From contig JBNKOC010000001.1 in assembly GCA_050294405.1 (NCBI GenBank), positions 62,201 to 126,200 on the forward strand: a DNA stretch of 64,000 nucleotides, written 5' to 3'. Shown here in pieces: positions 1-10,066 of this stretch. This DNA is from Fibrobacteria bacterium (lineage in GTDB: Bacteria; Fibrobacterota; Fibrobacteria; UBA11236; JADFYW01). The position numbers and the translations under genes are program-made. Numbering within the stretch: the stretch's first letter is position 1; the number at the start of each line of letters is the position of its first letter. The notes under the pieces were generated by a model. The model did no database searches and had not been told where the DNA came from. It saw only the letters and a list, made by a program, of their open reading frames with translations.

Positions 1-226
1 CCAGACACACATTACTAAGCTCAATATAATCCCTAAGCCAGTTTTCAAAGGCTTCTTTGGAATTTTGAGGGGGCTCGGACAGTTTTTCCAAATAAGGCTT
101 TAAATCTTCCAGTTGCCATTTTTCCTTCAGATTTTGCAAAAATTTACGGGGAAACTCGCTGGATGGCAAAGGGGGCAGTTGCAGAGTATTGGTACTGTCT
201 TTAGATTCTGGAGTTGTGGTATTCAT
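1..226 (-). CDS. 5' part of a probable M3-family oligoendopeptidase (runs off the left edge)
   Basis: Translated by hand from ATG at 226: MNTTTPESKDSTNTLQLPPLPSSEFPRKFLQNLKEKWQLEDLKPYLEKLSEPPQNSKEAFENWLRDYIELSNVCL, open to the edge. The PRxFL...L.PY..L....S...E.WL.D..EL pattern resembles M3B oligoendopeptidase N-termini. Not in the ORF track. Confidence 0.55.
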   Translation of the reverse strand, partial: MNTTTPESKDSTNTLQLPPLPSSEFPRKFLQNLKEKWQLEDLKPYLEKLSEPPQNSKEAFENWLRDYIELSNVCL

Positions 227-295
227 TTTATAAAAATTACGGCCTTTTGTTTGAGTTTTAAATAAGGTTTGATTTTATTAATATGTAAAAACTTT

Positions 296-1879
296 ATGTC
301 ATTAGAAAATACAATTCAAAAAGAAATAATGAGACGTCGCACCTTTGCCGTGGTTTCCCATCCGGATGCCGGTAAAACTACCATCACTGAAAAGTTTTTG
401 TGGTATGGAAAGGTTATTCGCGAGGCAGGTCATGTTAAAGCCAAGGCCAATAAAAAATTCGCCACTTCAGACTGGATGGAAATCGAACGGAAAAGGGGAA
501 TTTCGGTCACTTCTTCCGTATTGTCCTTTCCCTACAAAGGCTGCCATATAAATTTGCTGGACACGCCTGGCCACGAAGATTTTTGCGAAGACACCTACCG
601 GGCTTTAACTGCTGTGGATTCGGCTTTGGTGTTGATTGATTCGGCAAAGGGTGTGGAGGCTCAAACTATCAAGTTGATGGAAGCTTGCAAACTGCGAAAA
701 TCTCCTGTTACGGTATTTATTAACAAAATGGATAGAGATGGCCGCGATGCCATTGAATTAATGGATGAGGTGGAGTCCATTTTGGGAGTTCAATGTGTGG
801 CAAAAACCCTTCCCATTGGCAACGGAGAAATGTTTCAGGGAGTGTATAGCATGGAAGATAAAACCGTGCATTTTTACAACCCCGAATCCGGGGAAGATAG
901 AATAGAACAGGTGGAGGGTATTGACGATCCCGAACTGGACAACTGGTTTGACAGCAAATATCTGGCGGAATTGCGAGAGCGCCACGAACTGGTTACAGGC
1001 GTAATGGATCCGTTTTCTATGGAGAGCTATTTGGCCGGTGAGCAGGCCCCGGTTTATTTTGGCTCGGCGCTAAACAACTTTGGCGTGCAACACATACTGG
1101 ACAGTATTGTTAACATAGCTCCGGCTCCCATCGCCCGCTCTACGGATGAGGGCGACATCGATCCTAAAGAAAACGAATTCTCGGGAATAGTATTTAAGAT
1201 CCAGGCTAACATGGATCCAAAACATCGGGATCGCATCGCTTATTTGCGGGTGTGTTCAGGAAAATGCTCCCGTGGTGATAAAATTTACCAATGCAGAACC
1301 GGACGTTTTTTAAAATTAGCCGCTCCCACCAGTTTTAAGGCCCAGGAAAAAGAAATTATCGAAGAGGCCTTTGCCGGGGATATCATAGGCATTCACGATC
1401 CAGGCTATTACAACATAGGGGATACCCTCACCTTTAAAGACAAAATTTCTTATTTGGGCATTCCCGATTTTCCAGCGGAGCATTTTGTTAAAGTAGTGTT
1501 ACGAGATCCTCTGGCCGGCAAAAAACTGCAAAAGGGGCTTGAACAACTTTCCGAAGAAGGCGCCACCCAGCTTTTTAAGCCCTTAAAATCGGCATCCCCC
1601 GTTTTAGGCGTAGTTGGGAAACTTCAATTTGATGTTATTAAATTTCGCCTGGAAAATGAATACAATGCCATATGCGATTTTGAACCTGTTGTTATAGACT
1701 CTGCCAGCTGGGTTTACGGCAAAAGAGAAGAAATTGAAAAACTTGCCAGGGAAAATGCATTTGAAATGGCTAAGGATAAAAAAGATCGCTATGTATACTT
1801 AAGCCCCAATAGTTTTAGGTTGAGCAAAATTAAGGAAAACTATAGCGGGTTGGAGTTCCTTTCTATCCCAAAAATATAA
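296..1879 (+). CDS. prfC: peptide chain release factor 3
   Basis: RRRTFAVVSHPDAGKTTITEK, SDWMEIERKRGISVTSSV, LLDTPGHEDF, NKMDR, FKIQANMDPKHRDRIA. ATG at 296 preferred over TTG at 269. Confidence 0.97.
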   Translation: MSLENTIQKEIMRRRTFAVVSHPDAGKTTITEKFLWYGKVIREAGHVKAKANKKFATSDWMEIERKRGISVTSSVLSFPYKGCHINLLDTPGHEDFCEDTYRALTAVDSALVLIDSAKGVEAQTIKLMEACKLRKSPVTVFINKMDRDGRDAIELMDEVESILGVQCVAKTLPIGNGEMFQGVYSMEDKTVHFYNPESGEDRIEQVEGIDDPELDNWFDSKYLAELRERHELVTGVMDPFSMESYLAGEQAPVYFGSALNNFGVQHILDSIVNIAPAPIARSTDEGDIDPKENEFSGIVFKIQANMDPKHRDRIAYLRVCSGKCSRGDKIYQCRTGRFLKLAAPTSFKAQEKEIIEEAFAGDIIGIHDPGYYNIGDTLTFKDKISYLGIPDFPAEHFVKVVLRDPLAGKKLQKGLEQLSEEGATQLFKPLKSASPVLGVVGKLQFDVIKFRLENEYNAICDFEPVVIDSASWVYGKREEIEKLARENAFEMAKDKKDRYVYLSPNSFRLSKIKENYSGLEFLSIPKI

Positions 1880-1880
1880 T

Positions 1881-1903
1881 AGGCAAGGCTAAAAGCCCTG
1901 CCT
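1881..1903. terminator. hairpin between convergent prfC and the receiver-like gene
   Basis: AGGCAAGGCT-aaa-AGCCCTGCCT (one mismatch) immediately after the prfC stop; no clear U-tract. Confidence 0.45.
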
Positions 1904-1934
1904 GTGAATATAAAAGTTTATAATAGAATATATT

Positions 1935-2549
1935 CTATTCTTCTTCTTCGTAGTCCCCATCCATGTCATCGGAATCTTCACTGAGTGTTTCGATTTCAAA
2001 AATGCGGCGAAGGGGCTTAATTTTAATTCCCTTTTTAGGATCGTAGGCATCGCTCATTTTATCTGCGGAAAAGCCTACCAATAAGGGGTTGCGGGGGTGG
2101 TTAGCCACGTTCTTTACAAAATCCGAGGAAGAAAATCCGGGCATTAAAAAGTTTACCACACAGGTATCGTACTGGTTTTCGTCCATTTTTTCCTGGGCTT
2201 GTTCGGGCGTATCGGCTACTTCCACCTGGGAGTTGGGCAATACCTGTTTTACAATTTCCACGGTTTCATCGCGGCGCTGTCCGGCTTCATCCACAACCAA
2301 AACCAAACGGTCTGTGGTCAGGGAGTTGTGTAATCCCGATTTAGCTTCGCTTTTATCGGAATCATCCGAATCATCTGAGTCGTCATCGGAATCATCGTCA
2401 GAGTTATCCTTTAAATTTTCTTCGGGGTCTAAATCCTGGGAAGGATCTGATGGATTGGAATTGCCTGAGCCATTTTCCAGAGAATTTTCCTGTTCTGGAT
2501 TTTCTATGGTGTCTTTTTGTTCTAGTTCTTCTTCTTTTTGTTCGGGCAT
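1935..2549 (-). CDS. acidic low-complexity N-terminus plus degenerate response-regulator receiver domain
   Basis: D/S/E-rich first ~70 aa, then LVLVVDE...YDTCVVNFLMPG...LVGFSA...KP, a receiver-fold pattern with Asn at the phosphoacceptor position. Confidence 0.7.
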   Translation of the reverse strand: MPEQKEEELEQKDTIENPEQENSLENGSGNSNPSDPSQDLDPEENLKDNSDDDSDDDSDDSDDSDKSEAKSGLHNSLTTDRLVLVVDEAGQRRDETVEIVKQVLPNSQVEVADTPEQAQEKMDENQYDTCVVNFLMPGFSSSDFVKNVANHPRNPLLVGFSADKMSDAYDPKKGIKIKPLRRIFEIETLSEDSDDMDGDYEEEE

Positions 2550-2621
2550 AAAATTTTTACCTGTGCATTTAAAAAAGGATCGTTTTGCAAATTTTAAAAA
2601 AGTTGCCTAAAACATAAAAAA

Positions 2622-4070
2622 TTATGTTTTCCTTCCAATAAGTCGCTCCAAATCCCCAATTTCTTTTGGGATAGAACGGGAAAGGTTAAGGGAGCGTTTT
2701 TCTCCAATTAAAAGATTATCTTCAATGCGGATTCCAATATCCTCGGAATACAGCTTTCCTCCAAGCTCCATGGTAAAATGTCCGTAGATTCCGGGTTCGT
2801 TGGAAATTTGAATATTTGGTTCAAGAGGTTCATCCTGGTACACACGAAAAGGATCGCCATCGTGTTCCTGCTCTCCCATTAAATGGGATACTCCGTGAGG
2901 CTGAAAGTCGTATTCTCTTTTAGCCCGGCCGCCTTTTTTGAAAAATTGCCGTTCCAATTCCGTTTCTATAAAATCCCAAACTTTGGTGTTGAGCTGTCGG
3001 ATGGTGGCTCCGGCCATGGCATTTTTTTCGTTAAACTTCATGGCTGCCAGCACAATATTATAAAGAAGTTTTTGCAGCGGGTTCCACTTTCCATTTTGAG
3101 CTATGGTGCGGGAAATGTCGGCGTGCATAGTTCCGTAACGCACTCCGAAATCCAAAAGTATAAGTTTGTCTTTTTGAAGGGGGCCATCGTTTTTCAGGTA
3201 ATGAAGCACGGTGGCATTTTTTCCGCTTGCTACAATGGATGGAAAACTGAGTCCAAACTCGGATTCGTATAACATCTTGTATTCCAGATAGCGGGAAAGC
3301 TGATTTTCGTTTTTAAAATTTGGCAGTCTGGCCAATGTATCTTCAAAGGCCTTGCCGGTAATTTTTTGAGCCTTTAACACATCCTTAACCTGGAAATTAT
3401 CCAGGGGCAACCGCTGTTTAAAATGCAGGGGAGCAATAGTCTTATGTTGGGGTTTGTTTTTTCCCAGAGCTTTTTTTTCAAGAGCCATTAATTTTTGACT
3501 GAAACTCCAGTTGTGATCTCCCGTAACTTTTTTTGCATTTTTTTTATCTCCCTCCTCGTAGAGGTGGAAAAAGCTAAAGCTTAACTTGGGTCTTAATTTT
3601 TTTACCTGGCTCACATAAAAGCTTTCAAAAAGATGTAGTGGAAGAACTTTGTTAATGCCAGTCAGGCTCTGAACATCTTCTAAAAGTTCCTTTCCTTTTT
3701 GGGAATTGTTGCTGTCCAATCCAAAGCGCACTCCATCCCAAAATTCCTTTTTACTGTCTTTTTCCGGCAAGAAAAGCACTTCTTTTTCAGCTCCTTTGGG
3801 ATTGAGATAAAGAAGGACTTTAGGTTGGTTAATACCGGTTAAATGTATCATGGCCGGTTCCTGAAAAATTCGCAGGCCATTCATAATCCAGATGTTTTCG
3901 GCACCCGGCTCATGGGGCACAGCAGCAAATACACAGGGACCTTCCAGTTTATCCAAAAGTTTTTTTCTTCTGTTTTTAAGCAACTTGGGAAACTGGGTAC
4001 CCGCCAGGCCCACGGGAAAAACCTGGGAATATTTTTTTAGCAGCTTTTTAAGCTTTGTCTTATCAGTCAT
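2622..4070 (-). CDS. pepP: Xaa-Pro aminopeptidase (M24B)
   Basis: SIVASGKNATVLHY, LLDFG...ADISRT, HGVSHLMG..EHD, NEPGIY, GIRIEDNLLI metal-ligand motifs. Confidence 0.9.
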   Translation of the reverse strand: MTDKTKLKKLLKKYSQVFPVGLAGTQFPKLLKNRRKKLLDKLEGPCVFAAVPHEPGAENIWIMNGLRIFQEPAMIHLTGINQPKVLLYLNPKGAEKEVLFLPEKDSKKEFWDGVRFGLDSNNSQKGKELLEDVQSLTGINKVLPLHLFESFYVSQVKKLRPKLSFSFFHLYEEGDKKNAKKVTGDHNWSFSQKLMALEKKALGKNKPQHKTIAPLHFKQRLPLDNFQVKDVLKAQKITGKAFEDTLARLPNFKNENQLSRYLEYKMLYESEFGLSFPSIVASGKNATVLHYLKNDGPLQKDKLILLDFGVRYGTMHADISRTIAQNGKWNPLQKLLYNIVLAAMKFNEKNAMAGATIRQLNTKVWDFIETELERQFFKKGGRAKREYDFQPHGVSHLMGEQEHDGDPFRVYQDEPLEPNIQISNEPGIYGHFTMELGGKLYSEDIGIRIEDNLLIGEKRSLNLSRSIPKEIGDLERLIGRKT

Positions 4071-4117
4071 AGAAATTGAAAATATAAAATTGCGTTGTAG
4101 TTGAGTGGGGAAATGAG

Positions 4118-4462
4118 CTAACCCAACTTTGAAAAATCCGGCTTGTCTTCTAAAAGGTGTATGTTTCCATCAAACTCAACCACATCCAAAATGGTGGCTA
4201 TTTCCTCATTCATTCCATAGGCATACAAGGGAATGGCCTTGTGGTTTAAGGCTGCCAGTAAAAATTTAATGGCTAAAATCCCTTTGGAATCGATGTAATT
4301 TAAATTTTGCAAATCCAAGGCCACACGTCGGTGATCTTCTGACATCAGCTTTCGCAAAAAGGCTGAAAGCTGGGGGCGGGTTGTTTGCGTTAAATCGCCC
4401 GCCACAAAAATGATGGTCCCGTATTTTTTTTTCTCAAAACGTAAGGAAAGAGATGTGGCCAT
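4118..4462 (-). CDS. STAS-domain anti-sigma-factor antagonist
   Basis: 114 aa; VALDLQNLNYIDSKGI with the conserved phosphorylatable Ser. Confidence 0.8.
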   Translation of the reverse strand: MATSLSLRFEKKKYGTIIFVAGDLTQTTRPQLSAFLRKLMSEDHRRVALDLQNLNYIDSKGILAIKFLLAALNHKAIPLYAYGMNEEIATILDVVEFDGNIHLLEDKPDFSKLG

Positions 4463-4513
4463 GAGGATAAAATAAACTTCTCCCCATGGTCGCGCTAATA
4501 CTATGTAACGATT

Positions 4514-5110
4514 TTATACGTAGGGTAAAGAGGCCGCTTTGGAGTGAACCAAATCCATGGCGTTGAGCAATCCCTGCATAGGGTTCCAGCTGCCCTTTAG
4601 AAATTGCTTTAATGTGCTGTCGGAAATGTTCACTGAAATTTCTACGGGCCCCGATAAGCTAAGGCTTTCCAGATTGAGCTCCCAATTGGCTTCAGGGTTG
4701 GCCTCTGCAGCAGCCTGGATTTTTTCGGCTAAGTCAGAAGAAACCGTGGCGCAGGGAATTCCCAATGACACGCAGTTGCCAAAAAAGATTTCCGCAAAAG
4801 ATTCCCCAATAATGGCGTCAATGCCCCATCTTTTTAAAGATTGAGGAGCGTGCTCGCGACTGGAGCCGCAGCCAAAGTTTTTGTTCACCAACAAAATGTT
4901 GGCTCCCTTAAATTTGGGCTCATCAAACGGGTGGGTTTTGCCTTTTTCCTTTAGAGAGGCTCGGTCGTCTTCAAAAGCATGGGGCCCCAGGGCTTCGAAG
5001 GTCACACATTTTAAAAATCGGGCGGGGATAATTCTGTCCGTATCTATATCGTTTCCTCTTACGGAAATGGCCCGTCCGCTAACAGATGTTATACTTGATT
5101 TGTTTTCCAT
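4514..5110 (-). CDS. leuD: 3-isopropylmalate dehydratase small subunit
   Basis: DIDTDRIIPARFLK, NFGCGSSREHAPQ, ESFAEIFFGNC. Confidence 0.96.
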   Translation of the reverse strand: MENKSSITSVSGRAISVRGNDIDTDRIIPARFLKCVTFEALGPHAFEDDRASLKEKGKTHPFDEPKFKGANILLVNKNFGCGSSREHAPQSLKRWGIDAIIGESFAEIFFGNCVSLGIPCATVSSDLAEKIQAAAEANPEANWELNLESLSLSGPVEISVNISDSTLKQFLKGSWNPMQGLLNAMDLVHSKAASLPYV

Positions 5111-5126
5111 TTGAAATCCTGAATTG

Positions 5127-6560
5127 TTAAACAGATACCGTTTGAAATTTGCCGGAAAAAACTTCCCTTACATCGGACACCTTGCCGGTAATGGCAGCTG
5201 CCGCAGCCATGGCAGGGCTCATTAAGAGGGTGCGTCCGGTAGGGCTTCCCTGTCTGCCCTTAAAATTACGGTTACTGGTGCTGGCGGAAATTTCTCTTCC
5301 CTTTAATTGGTCGGGGTTCATAGCAAGACACATGGAACAGCCCGGTTCGCGCCATTCAAATCCAGCCTCGGAAAGTATTTTATCGTAACCCAACGCAATG
5401 GCCTTTTCCTGCACCATTTTAGAACCAGGAACCACCAGGGCCCGTACATTGGGGCTCACCTTGTGCCCTTTTACCAGTTCCACCACGGTTTCAATATCGC
5501 TCAGGCGGCCATTGGTGCAAGAACCGATAAATACCACATCAATGTTTTTCCCTTCGATCTTTTCACCTGGATTTAAATCCATATACTCATAGGCTTCTTC
5601 AATACCGGGTTTTTCTGAATCGGAAAAACTATCGGGAGAGGGCAGGGGTTCGTTTATCATAACCGATTGCCCTGGAGTTATACCCCAGGTAACATAAGGT
5701 TCTATTTCATCGGCATTGATGTTAACCACATCGTCGTACTGGGCATCTGCGTCGGAGCGAACACTATCCCAGTATTCCACCAGGTTGTCCCATTTTTCTG
5801 CGGAAGGGGCATAAGCGCGGCCGCGGATATAGTCGTAGGTGGTTTTATCGGGATTCACATAGCCAATTTTAGCTCCGCCTTCAATGGACATGTTGCAAAG
5901 GGTCATGCGCTCTTCCATGGACATGGCGTCAATGGCGCTTCCGCCGTATTCGTAGGCATAGCCCACGCCACCTTTTACTGTTAAAAGATTTATGATTTTT
6001 AAAATCACATCTTTGGCATAGACACCGGGTTTTAATTTGCCGTTCACGTTTATGCGGCGTACCTTTAGCTTTTCCACCCGCATGGTTTGGGTGGCCAGAA
6101 TGTCGGAAACCTGGCTGGTACCGATACCAAAGGCGAGACTGCCGAAGGCGCCATGAGTTGAGGTGTGGCTGTCTCCACAGGCAATGGTCATTCCCGGTTG
6201 GGTTAAACCCAATTCAGGACCCACAACATGAACCACCCCTTGGTTTGTAGCACTGGGGCCAAAAAATTCGATGCCAAAATCCTGGGTGTTTTTTTCGATG
6301 GCCACTAACATTTCTTCGGCCAAAGAATCTTGTAAAGGCCGTTGTCTGGCCGTAGTTGTAGTGGGGATAATATGATCCACAGTGGCAAAGGTCCGCTTGG
6401 GGTAGGGAACCGTAAGATTTTTTTCTCTTAAAATGGCAAAGGCCTGGGGAGAAGTTACTTCGTGAATCAAATGCAGGCCAATAAACAACTGGTATTGCCC
6501 GCCTGATAATTCCTGAACGGTATGCATATCAAAAACCTTGTTGTAAAGGTTTTTACCCAT
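5127..6560 (-). CDS. leuC: 3-isopropylmalate dehydratase large subunit
   Basis: [58 protein letters not shown] at 6560 follows an AGGAGT RBS. Confidence 0.97.
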   Translation of the reverse strand: MGKNLYNKVFDMHTVQELSGGQYQLFIGLHLIHEVTSPQAFAILREKNLTVPYPKRTFATVDHIIPTTTTARQRPLQDSLAEEMLVAIEKNTQDFGIEFFGPSATNQGVVHVVGPELGLTQPGMTIACGDSHTSTHGAFGSLAFGIGTSQVSDILATQTMRVEKLKVRRINVNGKLKPGVYAKDVILKIINLLTVKGGVGYAYEYGGSAIDAMSMEERMTLCNMSIEGGAKIGYVNPDKTTYDYIRGRAYAPSAEKWDNLVEYWDSVRSDADAQYDDVVNINADEIEPYVTWGITPGQSVMINEPLPSPDSFSDSEKPGIEEAYEYMDLNPGEKIEGKNIDVVFIGSCTNGRLSDIETVVELVKGHKVSPNVRALVVPGSKMVQEKAIALGYDKILSEAGFEWREPGCSMCLAMNPDQLKGREISASTSNRNFKGRQGSPTGRTLLMSPAMAAAAAITGKVSDVREVFSGKFQTVSV

Positions 6561-6570
6561 AATCACTCCT

Positions 6571-7089
6571 TTATAATTTTTCGAGGTATTCTTTAACTTT
6601 GGCTTCCAGATAAATTTCCGGCATTAAGCCTTCGATTTTTTCCAGAATTTTACCCTTACCGTCTACAATAAACGAGGTGGGCAGGGCCTGAACACCTCCA
6701 AATTGACTCATGGTTTTTTCGTTTCCGAAAAGCACCTCGTAATTCATGTTAAATTCAGAATAAATTTTTCCAACTAATTCTCCAGTTGGGTCATCGATGT
6801 TAATGGATAAGACCTTAAAGCCATCCTTTTCGTACTTTTTGGTGAGTTCCACTAAAGTGGGGATTTCCATAATACAGGGCTGACACCAGGTGGCCCAAAA
6901 AACCAGCAGTTGTACTTTGTGATTTCCTTCGGATACTTTTACCTCTTTACCAAACAGGTTCTGCAGACTGATATCTGGAACCTTGCCTGAAATGGCTTTA
7001 TCTTCCTTCCCGCAGGAAGATAAAAACAGCGTACCCAGGAAGATAGCCGGCCAAAAAAATCCCGTTTTTAAAATTTCTCTTTTGTGCAT
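6571..7089 (-). CDS. TlpA/ResA-family thiol-disulfide oxidoreductase, lipoprotein
   Basis: Lipobox [22 protein letters not shown]. Confidence 0.88.
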   Translation of the reverse strand: MHKREILKTGFFWPAIFLGTLFLSSCGKEDKAISGKVPDISLQNLFGKEVKVSEGNHKVQLLVFWATWCQPCIMEIPTLVELTKKYEKDGFKVLSINIDDPTGELVGKIYSEFNMNYEVLFGNEKTMSQFGGVQALPTSFIVDGKGKILEKIEGLMPEIYLEAKVKEYLEKL

Positions 7090-7189
7090 TATCTATGGTA
7101 AGATATACAATATTTTGATTTTTTTCATATTGCTCGAATGGGGCGTTTTAGCCAAATGCAATTGAGGCTCAACCTGGGAATAACACTCT

Positions 7190-8257
7190 ATGGCCGGAAT
7201 TAAAGAATTGCTGGAAAAAATGGTGGAGTATGGCTCCTCGGACCTGCACATCGTTTATGGCGCGCCTCCGCTTTTCAGGAGAGATGGAGATATTATCCCA
7301 GAAGAGGGAGAACCCTTGGGGCCCGAGGAATGTCAAAAGCTTTGCTACAGCGTGATGACGGAACAACAGCAAAAAAAATTGGAGAGTGCGAGGGAACTGG
7401 ATTTTTCTTTTGGGGTGGCCAATTTAGGACGCTTTAGGGCTAATGTGTTTCACACCAAGGGCACCATAAGTATGGCAATTCGCTTCATTCCATTTGACAT
7501 AAAAACAGTGCAAGACCTTAATCTGCCGAATATTATGGTAGATCTTATTCGAAAACCATCTGGGCTTATATTAGTTACAGGAGCCACTGGTAGCGGAAAA
7601 TCCACCACTTTGGCGGCTCTCATTGATTGGATAAATAGCAATAAAAAAGGACATATTTTAACCATAGAAGATCCTATTGAATTTGTTCACAAACACAAAA
7701 GCTGCATGATTACCCAAAGAGAGGTGTATGCAGACACAAATTCTTTTACAGATGCCCTCCGGGTGGCCCTTAGACAAGACCCGGATTTTGTGCTAATTGG
7801 AGAGCTCAGGGATTTGGATACCATTCGGGCAGCTTTAACCATTGCAGAAACCGGGCACTTAACCCTGGGGACCCTTCACACTAATTCTGCGGTGCAGACC
7901 ATTAACCGCATAGTAGACAGCTTTCCGGAGGGAGAGCAGGCTCAAATCAGAACGCAATTGTCTTTTGTTTTGCAGGGTGTCATAAGCCAGGTACTGCTTC
8001 CTAAAATTGGGGGTGGGAGGGTTATGGCCAATGAAATTATGGTTGCCACGCCGGGTATTCGCGCCATGATTCGGGATGATAAAATACACCAGGTTCAGGG
8101 TATGCTGGAAACGGGGCAAAAATTTGGAATGGTTACAATGGACGCATGTCTTGCTAAATTAATTGGCTCGGGTAAAGTTGAAAAATTAGATGCCTTGAAA
8201 CATTGTGGCGATGAAAATAATTTACTCCGATTAATAACATCTTCAGGAAGAGGATAA
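7190..8257 (+). CDS. pilT: type IV pilus retraction ATPase
   Basis: SDLHI, RFRANVF, Walker A GATGSGKST, TIEDPIEF, ALRQDPD, AETGHL, TLHTNS, AMIRDDKIHQ. Confidence 0.95.
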   Translation: MAGIKELLEKMVEYGSSDLHIVYGAPPLFRRDGDIIPEEGEPLGPEECQKLCYSVMTEQQQKKLESARELDFSFGVANLGRFRANVFHTKGTISMAIRFIPFDIKTVQDLNLPNIMVDLIRKPSGLILVTGATGSGKSTTLAALIDWINSNKKGHILTIEDPIEFVHKHKSCMITQREVYADTNSFTDALRVALRQDPDFVLIGELRDLDTIRAALTIAETGHLTLGTLHTNSAVQTINRIVDSFPEGEQAQIRTQLSFVLQGVISQVLLPKIGGGRVMANEIMVATPGIRAMIRDDKIHQVQGMLETGQKFGMVTMDACLAKLIGSGKVEKLDALKHCGDENNLLRLITSSGRG

Positions 8258-8261
8258 AAGT

Positions 8262-9461
8262 TTGGCAGTTTGGCAATACACAGGCCGCACCGCATCGGGT
8301 AAGGAAACCCAAGGCGAAATAAACGCTCCCAATAAAGACGGGGCTCAGCTCCTGTTGCGCAAAAAAAGAATTGTAATAAGCAAACTTCGTAAAAAGCCTT
8401 TGGAGCTTTCCTTTGATTTCAAAAGGGGGGTGGCCATTCGGGATTTGGCCCGTTTTACCCGGCAGTTTTCAGCTATGAATTCTGCAGGTCTTCCCTTAAT
8501 CCAATGTTTAGATACCCTGGCCGAACAGGAAAGCAACAAACGCTTAAAAACCGCTGTGGAAAAAATCAGTTTAGATGTGCAAAGTGGAAACACCCTTGCC
8601 GATTCTTTTTCCAAACACAAGGATATTTTTTCGGACCTCTACTGCCACATGCTAGCAGCTGGCGAGGCCGGGGGTATTTTAGATGAGATATTAATGCGCC
8701 TTGCGGATTACCAGGAAAAGGCCGATGCCCTTTTGCGTAAAATAAAAAAAGCCATGTATTATCCAGTGTTCGTGGTTTTGGTTTCCGTATGCGTGATTTT
8801 GTTTTTGCTCATTAAAGTGGTTCCCATTTTTGCCGATATGTTCCAATCCAATGGAGGAGCCCTCCCCGCACCTACAGCCCTGGTGATGAACATCAGTAGT
8901 TTAGTGCAGATGTATTGGTCTTATGGGTTTATTGCGGCGCTAAGTGGAGGTTATTTATTATACCGCTGGAGTAAAACCGAAAAAGGAGCCTTTGCTATCG
9001 ATCACTTTTTATTAAAGGCTCCGGTTTTTGGCCCCCTGATTCGCAAGAGCAGCGTGGCTCGTTTTACCCGAACCCTAAGCACCTTGTTAAGTGCAGGCGT
9101 TTCTATTTTAGAATCTCTGCAAATCACCTCCAGAACTTCGGGAAACAAGGTTATGGAAAAGGGTATTTTGACGGCTATTGATAGCATCACTGGGGGGCAA
9201 ACTATTGCAGAACCCTTAAAGGCCACTAAACTTTTTCCTCCAATGGTAATTCAAATGATATCCATTGGCGAAAAGACTGGTGGCTTATCAGAAATGTTGG
9301 GCAAGGTATCCGAATTTTTCGAAAATGAGGTGGATGCGGCCATTGATGGGTTAACCTCCCTTATAGAACCCATGATTATTGTATTTTTAGGCGTTTTTAT
9401 TGGTGGAATTCTTATTGCCATGTATTTACCCATGTTCGACATGGCTTCCAGCATCCATTAG
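8262..9461 (+). CDS. pilC: type IV pilus inner-membrane platform protein (GspF family)
   Basis: FTRQFSAM..AGLPL, AGEAGGILD, PPMVIQMISIGEKTG, AMYLPMF. TTG start, follows pilT. Confidence 0.92.
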   Translation: MAVWQYTGRTASGKETQGEINAPNKDGAQLLLRKKRIVISKLRKKPLELSFDFKRGVAIRDLARFTRQFSAMNSAGLPLIQCLDTLAEQESNKRLKTAVEKISLDVQSGNTLADSFSKHKDIFSDLYCHMLAAGEAGGILDEILMRLADYQEKADALLRKIKKAMYYPVFVVLVSVCVILFLLIKVVPIFADMFQSNGGALPAPTALVMNISSLVQMYWSYGFIAALSGGYLLYRWSKTEKGAFAIDHFLLKAPVFGPLIRKSSVARFTRTLSTLLSAGVSILESLQITSRTSGNKVMEKGILTAIDSITGGQTIAEPLKATKLFPPMVIQMISIGEKTGGLSEMLGKVSEFFENEVDAAIDGLTSLIEPMIIVFLGVFIGGILIAMYLPMFDMASSIH

Positions 9462-9549
9462 GTGGTAAAATAAAAAGAAAAAATGCCGGATTTTAGAAAA
9501 AACAAATGATTTTTAAACTTTATTAAATTAATATTGAAGAGATTCTGTC

Positions 9550-9882
9550 ATGGAAGTTTCAATCAGAAATAAAAACAAATGGCAAATACTGGATATTAAA
9601 GGCAATATCCGGGGTAAAGAGTCTGAGAATTTAAAGCAGGTTTGTCGGGAAAATTTAAAAGATGGCAACTTGTATATTGTGGCCAACTTTGAAAATGTCA
9701 GCTTTATTGATTCTACAGGCCTTGGGGCTCTTATCCATTGCCACCAAAATATGAAATCTGCCGGTGGCGATTTGCTTTTAATGAATTTGTCAGAGAACAT
9801 TTATGACTTGTTCGAAATGACTTCCGTGGACAAATTGTTCGAAATCCTCGATTCTGAAATGGAATTAGCGGACAAAGTTTAG
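9550..9882 (+). CDS. STAS-domain anti-sigma-factor antagonist
   Basis: VSFIDSTGLGALI...GGDLLL...LFEMTSVDKLF. Confidence 0.85.
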   Translation: MEVSIRNKNKWQILDIKGNIRGKESENLKQVCRENLKDGNLYIVANFENVSFIDSTGLGALIHCHQNMKSAGGDLLLMNLSENIYDLFEMTSVDKLFEILDSEMELADKV

Positions 9883-10005
9883 CTTCGAGCGCCTTGTCTC
9901 AAGCTGTGAACTTCAATTTTAAGAACTTTTCAGGAATGAAAATTGCCTCAAAATCTTAAAATTTCCTCTTTTTTTGCCTTTTTTAAAAAATTCTAAAAAA
10001 AAGCT

Positions 10006-10032
10006 TAAATATTTCTCTAAATATGTCGATAA
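10006..10032 (+). promoter_or_regulatory. sigma-28 (FliA)-type promoter of flgM
   Basis: TAAA (10006-9), 15 nt, GTCGATAA (10025-32), versus consensus TAAA-N15-GCCGATAA; ends 34 nt before the flgM ATG. Confidence 0.75.
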
Positions 10033-10066
10033 TAAAGAATAGAGAAAACTATATCTTATAATAGTC

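Noticed and set aside
2089..2610. 173-aa Ser-rich plus-strand ORF
   Set aside because: Antisense shadow of the acidic low-complexity receiver-like gene. The other short antisense or alternate-frame ORFs inside recognised genes were dismissed for the same reason.
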